This document shows positions 9,207 through 19,176 of a stretch of DNA of 62,929 nucleotides, in pieces. The position numbers were made by a program, and so were the translations under genes. The stretch is from an uncultured Planctomycetaceae bacterium (GTDB lineage: Bacteria; Planctomycetota; Phycisphaerae; SM23-33). The notes beneath the pieces were generated by a model. The model ran no database searches, was not told the origin of the DNA, and worked only from the letters and a program-made list of their open reading frames with translations. Every line of letters starts with the position of its first letter. The stretch's first letter is position 1. The stretch spans positions 1 to 62,929 of the forward strand of contig CAZFPT010000002.1 in assembly GCA_964521005.1 (NCBI GenBank), given 5' to 3'.

Positions 9207-11210
9207 ATGAATATCTCACTGAACTGGCTGACGGATTACGTCGACGTTGCGATGCCCGCCGAAGAGCTGGGCGAGCTGTTCACGCGCATCGGGCTCAACT
9301 GCGAGGGCATCGAGGAGAGCGACAACGACATCGTCTTCGACCTGGAAGTTACCTCCAATCGCCCCGACTGGCTGGGACACCTCGGCGTCGCGCGAGAGCT
9401 GGCGACCGCCCTGGGTAGCGAGTTCCGCAAGCCGGAAATTCCCGCCCTGCCAGCCGGCGGAAACGTGAATGAGCTGACGGGCGTCACTGTCCACGAGCCC
9501 GCCCTGTGCCCGCGCTACACCGCCCGGGTCATCCGCAACGTGACGGTCGGTCCCAGCCCGAGCTGGCTGGTGGACTATCTCGAAGCCGTCGGGCTGCGAA
9601 GCGTGAACAACATCGTCGACGTCACCAACTTCGTGCTTCTGGAATACTCTCAGCCGCTGCACAGCTTCGACTACGACAAACTCGCCGAACACCGCATCGT
9701 CGTGCGTCGTGCCGCCGCCGGCGAGACGATGGTGAGCATCGACCAGACCACCTGCAAGCTCGATGAGTCCATGCTCGTGATCGCCGACGCCGAAAAGCCC
9801 GTCGCCATCGCCGGGGTCATGGGCGGGCTGGACACCGAGGTGGGCGAGGGCACCACGAACATCCTGCTGGAGAGCGCCCAGTTCGATCCGCTCACCACGC
9901 GGTACACCTCGCGGAAGCTGGGCATTCTCTCGGAGAGCAACTACCGCTTCGAGCGCGGCGTGGACCCCCTTGCCGTGGACCAGGCCAGCCTGCGCGCGTG
10001 CCAGCTGATCCTGGACATCGCGGGCGGCGAGCTGGTCGAAGGCGTCGTGGACGTGTGGGAAACCCCCTACCAGGCCCCCATCGTGACGCTGCGGACCGAT
10101 CGCTGCGATAAGCTGCTGGGCATCGTCACGCCGGCGGAACTGCAGGTGGAGATTCTCGACGGGCTGGGGTTGTCGCCCGAGCTGCTGGACGGCCGCATTA
10201 CCTGCCGCATCCCGCCACACCGGGCGGACCTCCGCCGCGAGGCCGACCTCATCGAGGAAGTTGCCCGCCTGGTGGGCTACGACCAGATCCCCGTGGGCGG
10301 CAAGGTGACCCACCACGTGGTCGCCGAAGGCAGGGCCCATCGGCTCCGGCGGCGCGTGGGCGAGGTCATGCAGGCGGCGGGGTTCGACGAAGCGCTGACG
10401 CTGGCATTCGTGCAGGACGACGAGGCGAAGCTCTTCGGCCACCACGAGCTGGTCCGGGTGGACCCCAACGTCCGCCGCACCCACAACGCGCTTCGGCCGA
10501 CACTGGCGTGCAACCTGCTGCGGGCGTGCAAAGTCAACCAGGACGCCTCTGCCGCGTCGGTGGACCTGTGGGAAATGGCGGCTGTCTTCCCCGCCGGCGA
10601 GGGCGACACGCTCGCCAACGAGCACCACGAGCTGACGATGGTCACCCACGGAGACGTCCGCGATCTGCGCGGCGTTGCCGAGGCGATGGTCGACGCCCTG
10701 GCCCCCGATGCGACGCTGGCCGTCTCGCCGGGCAAGGTCGCGGGCCTGGCCGACGCAGCGGCGGCAACGCTCACGCTGGACGGAGAAACGCTGGGAGCGA
10801 TCGGGCGGATCTCGCCCGACGTACAAAACCACTTCGGCCTGGAGAAGCCCGTCACCGTCGGCTGGCTGAAGCTGGAAACCCTCGCCGACACCGCCGACCT
10901 GAGGCGAACCTATCAGCCGGTGGCGAAGTTCCCGCCCGTCCAGCGAGACCTCTCGCTGGTGGTGGACGAGCAACTCACCTGGAGCGAGATGGCAGCCGCG
11001 ATCCAGAAGGTCGATCAGCCGATGCGCGAGACGTTCGAGTATGTCACCACCTATCGCGGCAAACCCGTGCCCAAGGGCAAGAAATCGGTGACCATCACGC
11101 TGACGTACCGCTCGCCGGAGGGCACGCTTCGCAGCGAAGACGTCGACGGGCAAGTCGAAGAGATCCTCCAGACCGCCCGGGAGACTCTCTCGGCCCAGCT
11201 GCGAGGCTGA
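9207..11210 (+). CDS. pheT: phenylalanine--tRNA ligase beta subunit (short form without the N-terminal OB-fold tRNA-binding domain)
   Basis: N-terminal MNISLNWLTDYV; B3_4 block NNIVDVTNFVLLEYSQPLHSFD; B5, catalytic-like and C-terminal FDX-ACB-like regions (KSVTITLTYRSPEGTLRSEDV) are present. Confidence 0.9.
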   Translation: MNISLNWLTDYVDVAMPAEELGELFTRIGLNCEGIEESDNDIVFDLEVTSNRPDWLGHLGVARELATALGSEFRKPEIPALPAGGNVNELTGVTVHEPALCPRYTARVIRNVTVGPSPSWLVDYLEAVGLRSVNNIVDVTNFVLLEYSQPLHSFDYDKLAEHRIVVRRAAAGETMVSIDQTTCKLDESMLVIADAEKPVAIAGVMGGLDTEVGEGTTNILLESAQFDPLTTRYTSRKLGILSESNYRFERGVDPLAVDQASLRACQLILDIAGGELVEGVVDVWETPYQAPIVTLRTDRCDKLLGIVTPAELQVEILDGLGLSPELLDGRITCRIPPHRADLRREADLIEEVARLVGYDQIPVGGKVTHHVVAEGRAHRLRRRVGEVMQAAGFDEALTLAFVQDDEAKLFGHHELVRVDPNVRRTHNALRPTLACNLLRACKVNQDASAASVDLWEMAAVFPAGEGDTLANEHHELTMVTHGDVRDLRGVAEAMVDALAPDATLAVSPGKVAGLADAAAATLTLDGETLGAIGRISPDVQNHFGLEKPVTVGWLKLETLADTADLRRTYQPVAKFPPVQRDLSLVVDEQLTWSEMAAAIQKVDQPMRETFEYVTTYRGKPVPKGKKSVTITLTYRSPEGTLRSEDVDGQVEEILQTARETLSAQLRG

Positions 11211-11217
11211 GTTCGGG

Positions 11218-11241
11218 CCCGGCCGGAAAGCCGGATTTTTT
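11218..11241 (+). terminator. rho-independent terminator after pheT
   Basis: Short GC hairpin CCGGC-(6 nt)-GCCGG followed by A-TTTTTT. Confidence 0.55.
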
Positions 11242-11311
11242 CCCGGGCGGGCAAGGTTCCGCGCAGACTGATCTTGCCCGGAATCGGACCACAACGCCTC
11301 AAGACATCCCC

Positions 11312-11340
11312 TTGGCAGACCGATGAAGCAGGTGTAGAAT
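11312..11340 (+). promoter_or_regulatory. orphan sigma70-like promoter (TTGGCA-17-TAGAAT)
   Basis: TTGGCA at 11312-11317, a 17-nt spacer, and TAGAAT at 11335-11340. No plus-strand CDS follows; the next gene is the convergent MCP. Confidence 0.35.
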
Positions 11341-11496
11341 GGGTAACCATAGAAGCCTCTGCAGTGTCCGCTAAGACGGCTACGATGCAAAAGAACCGAT
11401 AAGACCCGACTAGGGAAGGAAGTTGACGGGCTACGGCCTGTCACGCCCTGCCCACTTTGACAGTTTGGGTTCTTACATCCACCGTCCCGGCACAGC

Positions 11497-11525
11497 GTGG
11501 AGGCTTTTCTTTTGCGCCCCTCCAC
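11497..11525. other. stem-loop GTGGAGG-(15 nt, T-rich)-CCTCCAC
   Basis: Perfect 7-bp inverted repeat seen directly, about 150 nt downstream of the orphan promoter. Confidence 0.4.
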
Positions 11526-11605
11526 CTTGCCGGCGACTTTCTTCCGACGCCCCTCACGACACCATTACGGCGCCTTTCTTCCGACGGATCGCTTCGCGCA
11601 CAGAA

Positions 11606-11644
11606 ACGCCGGCGGGCAGGGCTCGGGCCCCGCGCCGCCGGCGT
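11606..11644 (-). terminator. putative terminator of the MCP gene
   Basis: 10-bp GC stem ACGCCGGCGG / CCGCCGGCGT about 20 nt after the MCP stop, followed on the minus strand by TTCTGTG (a weak U-tract). Confidence 0.4.
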
Positions 11645-11666
11645 ATTGTCTGCTGCTTGGCTGCGG

Positions 11667-14171
11667 TCAGAACTTCTGGCAGGCCTTGGCATCGTCGGCT
11701 GAGAGGAACTGCTGCCCCGAGGCCGGGGTCGATTCCCGCCGGGCCCGGCTGGGTCCTTGGGCAGGTGTGTCCTGGTCCAGGGGGAACTCCGCGTCAAAAT
11801 CTCCTGACGCGCTGCCACCCTTGATGATGGCCTGGAGATGTCGCACGGTGGCCATCAGTGTCTCAGCCTGGCCGGAGAGTTGCTGGGCGGCCGAGGCGGA
11901 CTCCTCGGCACTGGCGGCGTTGCGTTGAGTTACCGTGTCCATCTCGTTGAGGCCTGAGGTGATCTGCTCGATGCCCTTGGCCTGTTCCTCGCCGCCGGTG
12001 GCGACCTGCTCGATGATGCGGGTCTGCTCCTGGGAGGCGGTGGCGACCTCGTCGACGACGACGGTCACCTGCTCGATGCTGCCGGCGATGCGCGACAGTG
12101 ATTCGCTGACCTGGCCGGTAACCTCGACGCCGTGATCGGAATTCTTCACGGACTTTTCGATCAGCTCGCCGGTCTCACGGGCGGCCTGGCCGGCCCGCTG
12201 GGCGAGATTGCGCACTTCCTCGGCCACCACGGCGAACCCCTTGCCCGCCTCTCCGGCGCGGGCGGCTTCGACGGCGGCATTGAGGGCCAGCAGATTCGTC
12301 TGGAAGGCGATCTCGTCGATGGTCTTGACGATTCGCCCGGTTTCCTCGGCGCCTTCCTTGATCTGGCTGATCGCCTCGGTCATCCGTCCGACCGCCTCGG
12401 TTCCCTCGGTGGTCGCCTGGGAGGCGTCCTGTGTGAGCGTGCGGGCCTGCTGGGCCGACTGGGTGTTCCGCACCGAGACCTCCGAAGCCTCGCGGGCGTG
12501 ATCGGCGTTGGCCTTGATCATCGAGGTGACTTCCTCGGCGCTGGCGGTGGATTCTTCCACGTTGGCTGCCTGCTCGGAAGCGCCTTCCGCCAGAGACTGG
12601 CTGGCTTGGGCGACCTCGGTGGAGGCAGCGGAAACCTGCTCGCCGCCGGCGGTGAGACTCTCGATAATGCCCTGGATCGGCTTGGAGATGCCGTTGCTCA
12701 TCCAGAACCCCGCCAGAGCACCGACCACACACACCACCACGCCGATGCCGATTACCAGCCAGATCACCGACGCCGCCGCCCGGCGGTTCTCCTCGCGAAT
12801 CGCGTCGGCCTTGGCCATGAACTCGTCCACCCAGCAACTGGCGGCGATGCTGTAGGTCTTCCCGCCCATCTCAAGCGGTTCGAAGACGGCGAACTTCGGG
12901 CGACCTTCCCACATGTACTGCCCCTGGCCGGTCTCGCCGGGAAGCATCCGCTCGCGGACCATCGTCGCCAACTCGCCGTACTTCGAGTCGCCCAGGTTCA
13001 CGCCGTCACCCAGGCCGTACTTCGGGTGGCTGACCAACACACCGTGTTCGTTGACGATGTAGGGGTATCCGGTCTGGCCGTACTTGCTGACCTTGATCCG
13101 TTCCCAGACCAGCGACCATTCGAGGTCGATGGCGACCACGGCGGCGAGCTTGCTGTCGACGTACACCGGGGCCGCCAGCCGGACGGCCGTCTCGTCGTCA
13201 CAACTGAGGAACACGCCGCTGTTGTACACCTCGTCTTCCTTGAGCCGGCCGGCCTCGCTGAACCACTCAGCCGATCGAAGCTTGGTCATCGGGCAACGTG
13301 CCACGCCATTCTGGACATCCATGAACACCACTGCGTCCGGCGAAATCAGCCGGGCCTGGCGGTAGAGGGCGTGATGCTTGCCAGCCAGCTCGATCTCGGC
13401 ATCGCTCTGGAAGGCCTTCAGCTCGGCCAGCAGCAGCTCGCCGGCGGAGTCGGCCGCCTCGGCGGACAACTCGTCCCAGTAGGCACTGGCACAGATGACC
13501 CAGTCCCACTCGGGCAGGTAGGTGTACGCGACGCACTTGCTGCGCCCCTCATACACGTAGCTGAGAATGCCGTATTCGCCCTCTTTCCGATTCCGGGCCA
13601 CCTCCGCGAAGTTCGTCAGGCCGATGTCGGTAACCAGATTCTTCCCGACAACCTTCTCATTCGGGTGGACCTGCGTATTGCAGTCCGAGTCCATCACGAA
13701 GACGTACCCGGTCTTGCCGATCCTGACCTTCCGGAGCTGCCGGGCGGCGAGGTGTTTGGCTCGTTCACTCGTGAGGCCTTCATCATCGCCCATCGCCGCG
13801 AGTTGGGCCCGGCAGGTGGCTACGATGCCCTCGGCAACGCGGTTGAGCTCTTTCCGGGCCATCGCGTTGAGCATGTCGTTCTTGCCCTCTCGGGCGGTGA
13901 GATACGCCTGCACCGTGGCAGACCCCGCCAGGCGACGGGCATCCATCTCAGCCCGGGAGACCATGGACTGGGCCCGTTCGTGGTCGCCGCGGATCCCCGC
14001 TTCCATCCCCGAGAGGGCCTGCTCCTTGAGCCCCTCGTACGAGGCGTCAGCGACATCCTCACCCAGTGAGACCATCTGGGTCAGGGCGACCACACCCACT
14101 GCCGCGACGGGGATGACCGCCAGCAGCAGACTCAACATCAACAGCTTCGCGCGCAGAGACAGTTTCTTCAT
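11667..14171 (-). CDS. methyl-accepting chemotaxis protein with periplasmic Cache-type sensor, HAMP and MA signalling domain
   Basis: Two TM segments flank a periplasmic region of about 430 aa. The highly conserved hairpin tip [37 protein letters not shown] is present. GGAGAG RBS. Confidence 0.9.
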   Translation of the reverse strand: MKKLSLRAKLLMLSLLLAVIPVAAVGVVALTQMVSLGEDVADASYEGLKEQALSGMEAGIRGDHERAQSMVSRAEMDARRLAGSATVQAYLTAREGKNDMLNAMARKELNRVAEGIVATCRAQLAAMGDDEGLTSERAKHLAARQLRKVRIGKTGYVFVMDSDCNTQVHPNEKVVGKNLVTDIGLTNFAEVARNRKEGEYGILSYVYEGRSKCVAYTYLPEWDWVICASAYWDELSAEAADSAGELLLAELKAFQSDAEIELAGKHHALYRQARLISPDAVVFMDVQNGVARCPMTKLRSAEWFSEAGRLKEDEVYNSGVFLSCDDETAVRLAAPVYVDSKLAAVVAIDLEWSLVWERIKVSKYGQTGYPYIVNEHGVLVSHPKYGLGDGVNLGDSKYGELATMVRERMLPGETGQGQYMWEGRPKFAVFEPLEMGGKTYSIAASCWVDEFMAKADAIREENRRAAASVIWLVIGIGVVVCVVGALAGFWMSNGISKPIQGIIESLTAGGEQVSAASTEVAQASQSLAEGASEQAANVEESTASAEEVTSMIKANADHAREASEVSVRNTQSAQQARTLTQDASQATTEGTEAVGRMTEAISQIKEGAEETGRIVKTIDEIAFQTNLLALNAAVEAARAGEAGKGFAVVAEEVRNLAQRAGQAARETGELIEKSVKNSDHGVEVTGQVSESLSRIAGSIEQVTVVVDEVATASQEQTRIIEQVATGGEEQAKGIEQITSGLNEMDTVTQRNAASAEESASAAQQLSGQAETLMATVRHLQAIIKGGSASGDFDAEFPLDQDTPAQGPSRARRESTPASGQQFLSADDAKACQKF

Positions 14172-14422
14172 GGTTCACTCTCCGTTCCCTTTTTCCTTAT
14201 GCGTTCCCTGACGTGACGGGACAGCCGTGTCGGCTTCAACACGCAGCGGTTCCAGGACCTTTGATTCGACAGGACAGACGAGCTCGAACCGCGGCACAAG
14301 GCGACCGACAGGGCTTTCATCGGCTGATGGATACGCCTCCTTAACCAGTGCAAACCCCTGTTTTGGAAGGAAATAGGGACGGAATAAGGCACACCCCGGC
14401 CGGGAATGCGCAATAAGGCGAA

Positions 14423-17059
14423 CTACAGCTCGGATTTGAGCTTGCGCAGCAGATCCAGCGCCGCCAGCGGGGTCATCGAGTCGAGCTCGGCGTCCTTGAT
14501 CTCCCGGGCGACGCGGGAGGCGGGGTCGGCGAACAGCTGCATCTGCTCGGCGGCCTTGCGGGCACGCTCAGCCAGCTCGGGCATGTCGAGGTTCTCGGCG
14601 AGGTGTGCCTGGATCTGCGGGAGAATGGCCCTGGCCCGCTCGATGACCTCCTTCGGAACACCCGCCAGCCTGGCCACGTGCACGCCGTAGCTGCGGTCGG
14701 TCCCGCCGCGGACGATCTTGTGCAGGAAGACCACTTCGTCGGCCCACTCGCGGACCGCCACGTTGAGATTGGTGGTACCGTCCAGCAGCGTTTCCAGCTC
14801 GGTCAGTTCGTGGTAGTGGGTGGCGAACAGTGCCCGACACCGCAGCCGAAGGGCCAGATGCTCGCAGATCGCCCACGCCAGCGACAGCCCGTCGGACGTG
14901 CTGGTCCCCCGGCCGACCTCGTCGAGAATCACCAGGCTGCGGGAGGTGGCGTTGTTGAGGATGTTGGCGGTCTCGACCATTTCGAGCATGAACGTCGAAA
15001 GCCCCCGCGCCAGCTCGTCGGCGGCGCCCACGCGCGTGAAGATGCGGTCGGCCAGCCCGATGGTCGCCGACTCGGCGGGGATGAAGCTGCCCGTCTGCGC
15101 CAGCAGCACCAGCAGCGCCGTCTGGCGGATGTAGGTGCTCTTGCCGGACATGTTCGGGCCGGTAATCATCAACAGGCGGTTCTCGGCGGCGCCCATCTCG
15201 ACGTCGTTGGCGACGAACTCCTCGCCGAGCATCTCCGCCAGCACGGGGTGCTTTCCGCCGATGATCTCCAGGACATTGTCCTGCGTCACCGTCGGTCGAT
15301 GGTAGCCCCGCTCCAGCGCCAGCTGCGCCAGTCCGGTGAGTACGTCGAGATTGCTCAGCGCCTCAGCGGCCGCCTGCAAGGCAGGGACGTACTCACACAG
15401 GGCGACGCGGACCTCCTCGTACAACGTCGCCTCCAGCGTGCGGGATCGCTCCTCGGCTGTGAGCACCTCGGTCTCGTACTGCTTGAGCTCGTCGGTGATG
15501 TACCGCTCGGCGTTCTTGAGCGTCTGCTTGCGGACGTACTCGCCGGGGACCTTGTCGCTGTGGGCGTGGGTGACCTCGATGTAGTAGCCGAACACCTTAT
15601 TGAAGCCCACCTTGAGATTCGGCACGCCGATGCGCTCCGCCTGGGCGGCCTGGTACTCCGCCAGCCAGCTCTGCCCGTCCGAACCCACCGCCCGGAGACG
15701 GTCCAACGCCTCGGAGAAGCCCGTGGCGATCACCCCGCCGTCGCGCAGCACGTTGGGGCAGTCCGGGTCGATCGATCGACCGATCAGGTCGGCTGCCTCG
15801 TCCAGCCCCGACAGCTGCGGGCCCCAGTGGCTCAGCAGGTCGGATCGCAGCGGACCCAGCGCCTCGATCAGCGTCGGAAGCAGCGCGAGCGTCTGACCCA
15901 GCGCGACCAGCTCGCGAGGCCGAACGCGCGCCATCGCGATATTCGCGGCGATCCGGTCGATCTGGGCGACCTCGCCGAGTACCTCGCGGATCGCCTCCAG
16001 GACAGGACGGCTGCCCAGCAGCTCCTCCAAGGCGTCCTGGCGGGCGACGATGTCCGAATAGCCCGTCAGCGGGAAGGTCAGCCAGCGCTCCAGCAGGCGG
16101 GCGCCCATGCCGGTTTTCGTGCGGTCGATGCTCGCCAGCAGCGATCCCTCTCGCCGCTGGCCTCGCAGGGTGCGGTGGACCTCGAGGCAGCGCAGCGTGT
16201 TGCCGTCGATCACCATGTGGTCGGAACGGTCGAAGCGGCGCATCGTGTGGATGTGGGCCAGTGCGGTCTTCTGCGTCTCGCGGAGATACTCCACCAACGC
16301 CCCCGCCGCCGAGACCGACGGGTCCCAGTCGCTGATTCCGAACCCCTCCAGCGTGGCTGCCTGGAAGTGACCCTTGAGCGTTTCGGTGGCGGCCTCGGCG
16401 CCGAACACCCAGGGCGGCCTGGCCGTGGCGACGGCCGAGGTGCACTGCTTCAGGGCGGATCGCCACTCGGGATGGTCCTGCTGTGAACCCTCCGCCAGCA
16501 GCACCTCAGCCGGCGCGATGCGCACCAGCTCGTCCAGCGCGTGAGACGACGGAACCACCATCGTCCAGAACGACCCGCTGGAAAGTTCCACCCAGGCGAT
16601 GCCCGCCTGGGAATCGTCGTCGGCGTTTGCCCGACCCCTGGTCGAGGGGGAAAAGACCGCGGCGAGGTAGTTGCCCTCACGCTGTTCGAGGAGCTCTTCC
16701 TCGGTGAGCGTCCCGGGCGTCACCAGCCGAACCACGTCGCGCTCGACGACGCCCTTGGCCTCGGCGGGGTCCTGGATCTGCTCGCAGACCGCCACGCGAT
16801 GGCCGGCACGGATCAGCCGACGCATGTAACCGTCCAGGGCATGGTACGGGATGCCCGCCAGTGGAATCGCCGTGGGCCCCTTGGAGCGGGAGGTCAGGGC
16901 GAGCCCGAGCTCCCGAGCAGCGATCTTGGCGTCCTCGTGGAACATCTCGTAAAAATCGCCCATGCGGAACAGGAGGATGTACTCGGGGTACTGCTCCTTG
17001 AACTGCCGGTACTGCCGCATCGCCGGCGTTTCGGATTGGGCTTTGTCGCTCTTGCTCAC
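14423..17059 (-). CDS. mutS: DNA mismatch repair protein MutS
   Basis: TPAMRQYRQFKEQYPEYILLFRMGDFYEMF, Walker A GPNMSGKSTYIRQ, and DEVGRGTST. The start is uncertain: a GTG at 17059 gives the usual N-terminal length, while the ORF is open to 17248 but would overlap hflX. Confidence 0.9.
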   Translation of the reverse strand: MSKSDKAQSETPAMRQYRQFKEQYPEYILLFRMGDFYEMFHEDAKIAARELGLALTSRSKGPTAIPLAGIPYHALDGYMRRLIRAGHRVAVCEQIQDPAEAKGVVERDVVRLVTPGTLTEEELLEQREGNYLAAVFSPSTRGRANADDDSQAGIAWVELSSGSFWTMVVPSSHALDELVRIAPAEVLLAEGSQQDHPEWRSALKQCTSAVATARPPWVFGAEAATETLKGHFQAATLEGFGISDWDPSVSAAGALVEYLRETQKTALAHIHTMRRFDRSDHMVIDGNTLRCLEVHRTLRGQRREGSLLASIDRTKTGMGARLLERWLTFPLTGYSDIVARQDALEELLGSRPVLEAIREVLGEVAQIDRIAANIAMARVRPRELVALGQTLALLPTLIEALGPLRSDLLSHWGPQLSGLDEAADLIGRSIDPDCPNVLRDGGVIATGFSEALDRLRAVGSDGQSWLAEYQAAQAERIGVPNLKVGFNKVFGYYIEVTHAHSDKVPGEYVRKQTLKNAERYITDELKQYETEVLTAEERSRTLEATLYEEVRVALCEYVPALQAAAEALSNLDVLTGLAQLALERGYHRPTVTQDNVLEIIGGKHPVLAEMLGEEFVANDVEMGAAENRLLMITGPNMSGKSTYIRQTALLVLLAQTGSFIPAESATIGLADRIFTRVGAADELARGLSTFMLEMVETANILNNATSRSLVILDEVGRGTSTSDGLSLAWAICEHLALRLRCRALFATHYHELTELETLLDGTTNLNVAVREWADEVVFLHKIVRGGTDRSYGVHVARLAGVPKEVIERARAILPQIQAHLAENLDMPELAERARKAAEQMQLFADPASRVAREIKDAELDSMTPLAALDLLRKLKSEL

Positions 17060-17177
17060 GGTGGGAGAATCATAGAACACCCGCGCCTCCCCCGCAAGCT
17101 CAGCGGCCCGGGCGGGTCCATTTGGACCTGCCGGTGACAAAACCTTGGCTTTTGCTCCGGGTTTCACAAAGGCGCGG

Positions 17178-17183
17178 TATAAT
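17178..17183 (+). promoter_or_regulatory. perfect TATAAT -10 box upstream of hflX
   Basis: TATAAT lies 41 nt before the hflX ATG in a GC-rich context. No convincing -35. Confidence 0.35.
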
Positions 17184-17223
17184 GCAGCGTTGAACCCCAT
17201 CAAGGAGATTGACCAACACCAAC

Positions 17224-18546
17224 ATGGCAGAACCCATTCGAACGTCACTGGAGGTGCAGCGCGAGCGAGCGCTGCTGGTAAGCGTACTGTTGCCCAACTC
17301 GAACGCCGACCCGAACGATCCGCTCGGTGAGCTCCGCGCGCTGGTGCGAACCGCCGGGGGCGACGTGGTCGACGAGATGGTCGCCAAGCGCAACAAACCC
17401 CACCCGGGGCTCTACGTCGGAAGCGGCAAGGCCGAGGAAATCGCCCAGCGCTGCGAGATGAACGACGTGGACACCGTCATCTTCGACAACGACCTCTCGC
17501 CCGGACAGATTCGCGACCTGGAAGTGGTCACCCGCCGCAAGATCCTCGATCGCAGCGAGCTGATTCTGGATATCTTCGCCGCCCACGCGCGCACCCACGC
17601 CTCGCGGCTGCAGGTGGAACTGGCGCAGCTGGAGTACACCTACCCGCGCCTGCGTCACATGTGGTCGCACCTGGACCGCATCGCCGGCGGGGCAGCCGGC
17701 GCTGCCGCCGGTGGGATGGGCACGCGAGGCCCCGGCGAGACGCAGATCGAGACCGACCGTCGGCTGGTGCAGAAACGCGTGACGCACCTGAAAAACCAGA
17801 TCGACGCGATCGACCAACGCAAGCTCCGCGAGGTCAACGCCCGCCAGGACGTGTTCGGCGTCTGCCTGGTGGGGTACACCAACGCGGGCAAAAGCACGCT
17901 GATGAATCTGCTGACCGGGGCCGAGACGTACGTTGCCGACAAGCTCTTCGCCACGTTGGAGACCCGCACGCGGCGGTGGAATGTACCGGCCGGGCGGGAC
18001 GTGCTGCTCAGCGACACGGTCGGGTTCGTGCGCGACCTGCCCCACCACCTGGTAGCCAGCTTCCGGGCGACGCTGGAAGAGGCGATCTACGCCGACCTGC
18101 TGATCCACGTTGCCGACGCGTCGCACGATCGGGTGGACGAGGAAATCGCCGCGGTGAATGGCGTTCTGAACGAGCTGGAGGTGGACCACGCCCAGAAGCT
18201 CCTGGTACTCAACAAGACCGACCGCATCGTGGACCCTGCCGTGCGAACCGTGCTGGCCAGCAAATACCCCGAAGCGATGTTCGTCTCAGCGGCGACGGGC
18301 ACCGGGGCCGACGAACTCATCGATGAGGTCACCCGTCGCTGCGAAGGTACGCAGGTGCGCGTCACGCTGCGGGCCAACTGCGGCAACGGCAAGCTCATGC
18401 AGTACATCGCCCAGCACGCCACCGTCAACGAGCAGACCTACGAGCAGGCCACCGCCTGCATCGAGGGTACGATGCCCGTCAACCGCCTGGAGTTCCTGCA
18501 GACCTTCGGCGACGACGTCCGCGTCGTGGAAACGACGGAAGCGTGA
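17224..18546 (+). CDS. hflX: GTPase HflX
   Basis: HflX N-terminal domain (ERALLVSV...), the SRLQVELAQLEY helical block, and G-domain GYTNAGKSTLMNLLTG / DTVGF / NKTD. The ATG at 17224 is used; a TTG at 17209 is too close to AAGGAGA. Confidence 0.9.
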   Translation: MAEPIRTSLEVQRERALLVSVLLPNSNADPNDPLGELRALVRTAGGDVVDEMVAKRNKPHPGLYVGSGKAEEIAQRCEMNDVDTVIFDNDLSPGQIRDLEVVTRRKILDRSELILDIFAAHARTHASRLQVELAQLEYTYPRLRHMWSHLDRIAGGAAGAAAGGMGTRGPGETQIETDRRLVQKRVTHLKNQIDAIDQRKLREVNARQDVFGVCLVGYTNAGKSTLMNLLTGAETYVADKLFATLETRTRRWNVPAGRDVLLSDTVGFVRDLPHHLVASFRATLEEAIYADLLIHVADASHDRVDEEIAAVNGVLNELEVDHAQKLLVLNKTDRIVDPAVRTVLASKYPEAMFVSAATGTGADELIDEVTRRCEGTQVRVTLRANCGNGKLMQYIAQHATVNEQTYEQATACIEGTMPVNRLEFLQTFGDDVRVVETTEA

Positions 18547-18549
18547 ACG

Positions 18550-18579
18550 TTGTCGACTCAGCGTGGCTGATGGTATAAT
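18550..18579 (+). promoter_or_regulatory. sigma70-like promoter of the PanA cassette (TTGTCG-18-TATAAT)
   Basis: TTGTCG at 18550-18555, an 18-nt spacer, and a perfect TATAAT at 18574-18579, about 40 nt before the ATG at 18621. Confidence 0.5.
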
Positions 18580-18620
18580 TCAGTGCAGAATAAGGACGAC
18601 CCAGCCGAAGTAACGGGGAG

Positions 18621-19175
18621 ATGATGACCGGATTTCCGTTCAATTTCACCAAGACGCTCCAGGCCGTCGCCACACTGCTTCGGCGCGAAAGAGGGCAATG
18701 CATGTCTTACATGCGCGTCCTGAAGCTGCTCTACATCGCCGATCGCGAGGCGCTGAGAGAAACCGGCCACACGATCACCGGAGACAACGCGGTGGCCATG
18801 AAGCATGGACCGGTTCTCTCCCGCCTGTACGACCTCATCAAGGGCGGAAATATCCTGGCGCCGCAGTGGGACCAGTACATCAAGAAGGATGGCTATCAGA
18901 TCTCGCTGGCCCAGGACCCGGGAAACGGGACTCTCTCGAAATACGACATCGAGAAGATCGAGGAGGTCTGCACGGATCACCGCGAGATGTCGGACTTCGA
19001 GATCGTAGACAAAACCCACGAATTCCCGGAGTGGATCAGGAACGATCCCGGCGAGTCTTCCAGGCGGATCCCGCTGGAGGACATCCTTGAGGCGGTCGGA
19101 CGGGCCGACCAGCGTCAAGCGATCGAGAAAGACGCCCGGGCAGCCACTTCCCTGACAAAACTCCTGGAGGGCTGA
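18621..19175 (+). CDS. Panacea/DUF4065 (SocA-like) domain protein, putative antitoxin
   Basis: VLKLLYIADREALRETGHTITGDNAVAMKHGPVLSRLYDLIKGG and the C-terminal THEFPEWIRNDPGESSRRIPLEDILEAVGR match my memory of SocA/GepA-type DUF4065 proteins. Confidence 0.75.
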   Translation: MMTGFPFNFTKTLQAVATLLRRERGQCMSYMRVLKLLYIADREALRETGHTITGDNAVAMKHGPVLSRLYDLIKGGNILAPQWDQYIKKDGYQISLAQDPGNGTLSKYDIEKIEEVCTDHREMSDFEIVDKTHEFPEWIRNDPGESSRRIPLEDILEAVGRADQRQAIEKDARAATSLTKLLEG

Positions 19176-19176
19176 G

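Noticed and set aside
11413-11423. GGGAAGGAAG in the pheT-MCP spacer, considered as an SRP (4.5S) RNA helix-8 motif.
   Set aside because: The flanks cannot form the conserved GGAA-tetraloop helix with its symmetric and asymmetric loops. No 4.5S-like terminal pairing was found.
9216-11525. Very long antisense or out-of-frame ORFs throughout the window. Examples are 9216-11525(-), 12132-14069(+), 14603-16486(+), 21025-22692(-), 24018-25874(+), 24121-25743(-), 32384-34567(-), 44772-47807(+), 54164-56854(-) and 55150-57534(+).
   Set aside because: They are Arg/Gly/Pro/Ala-rich with no recognisable motifs. Each lies opposite or out of frame to a gene with clear family signatures and an SD sequence. 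These are the classic shadow ORFs of GC-rich DNA.
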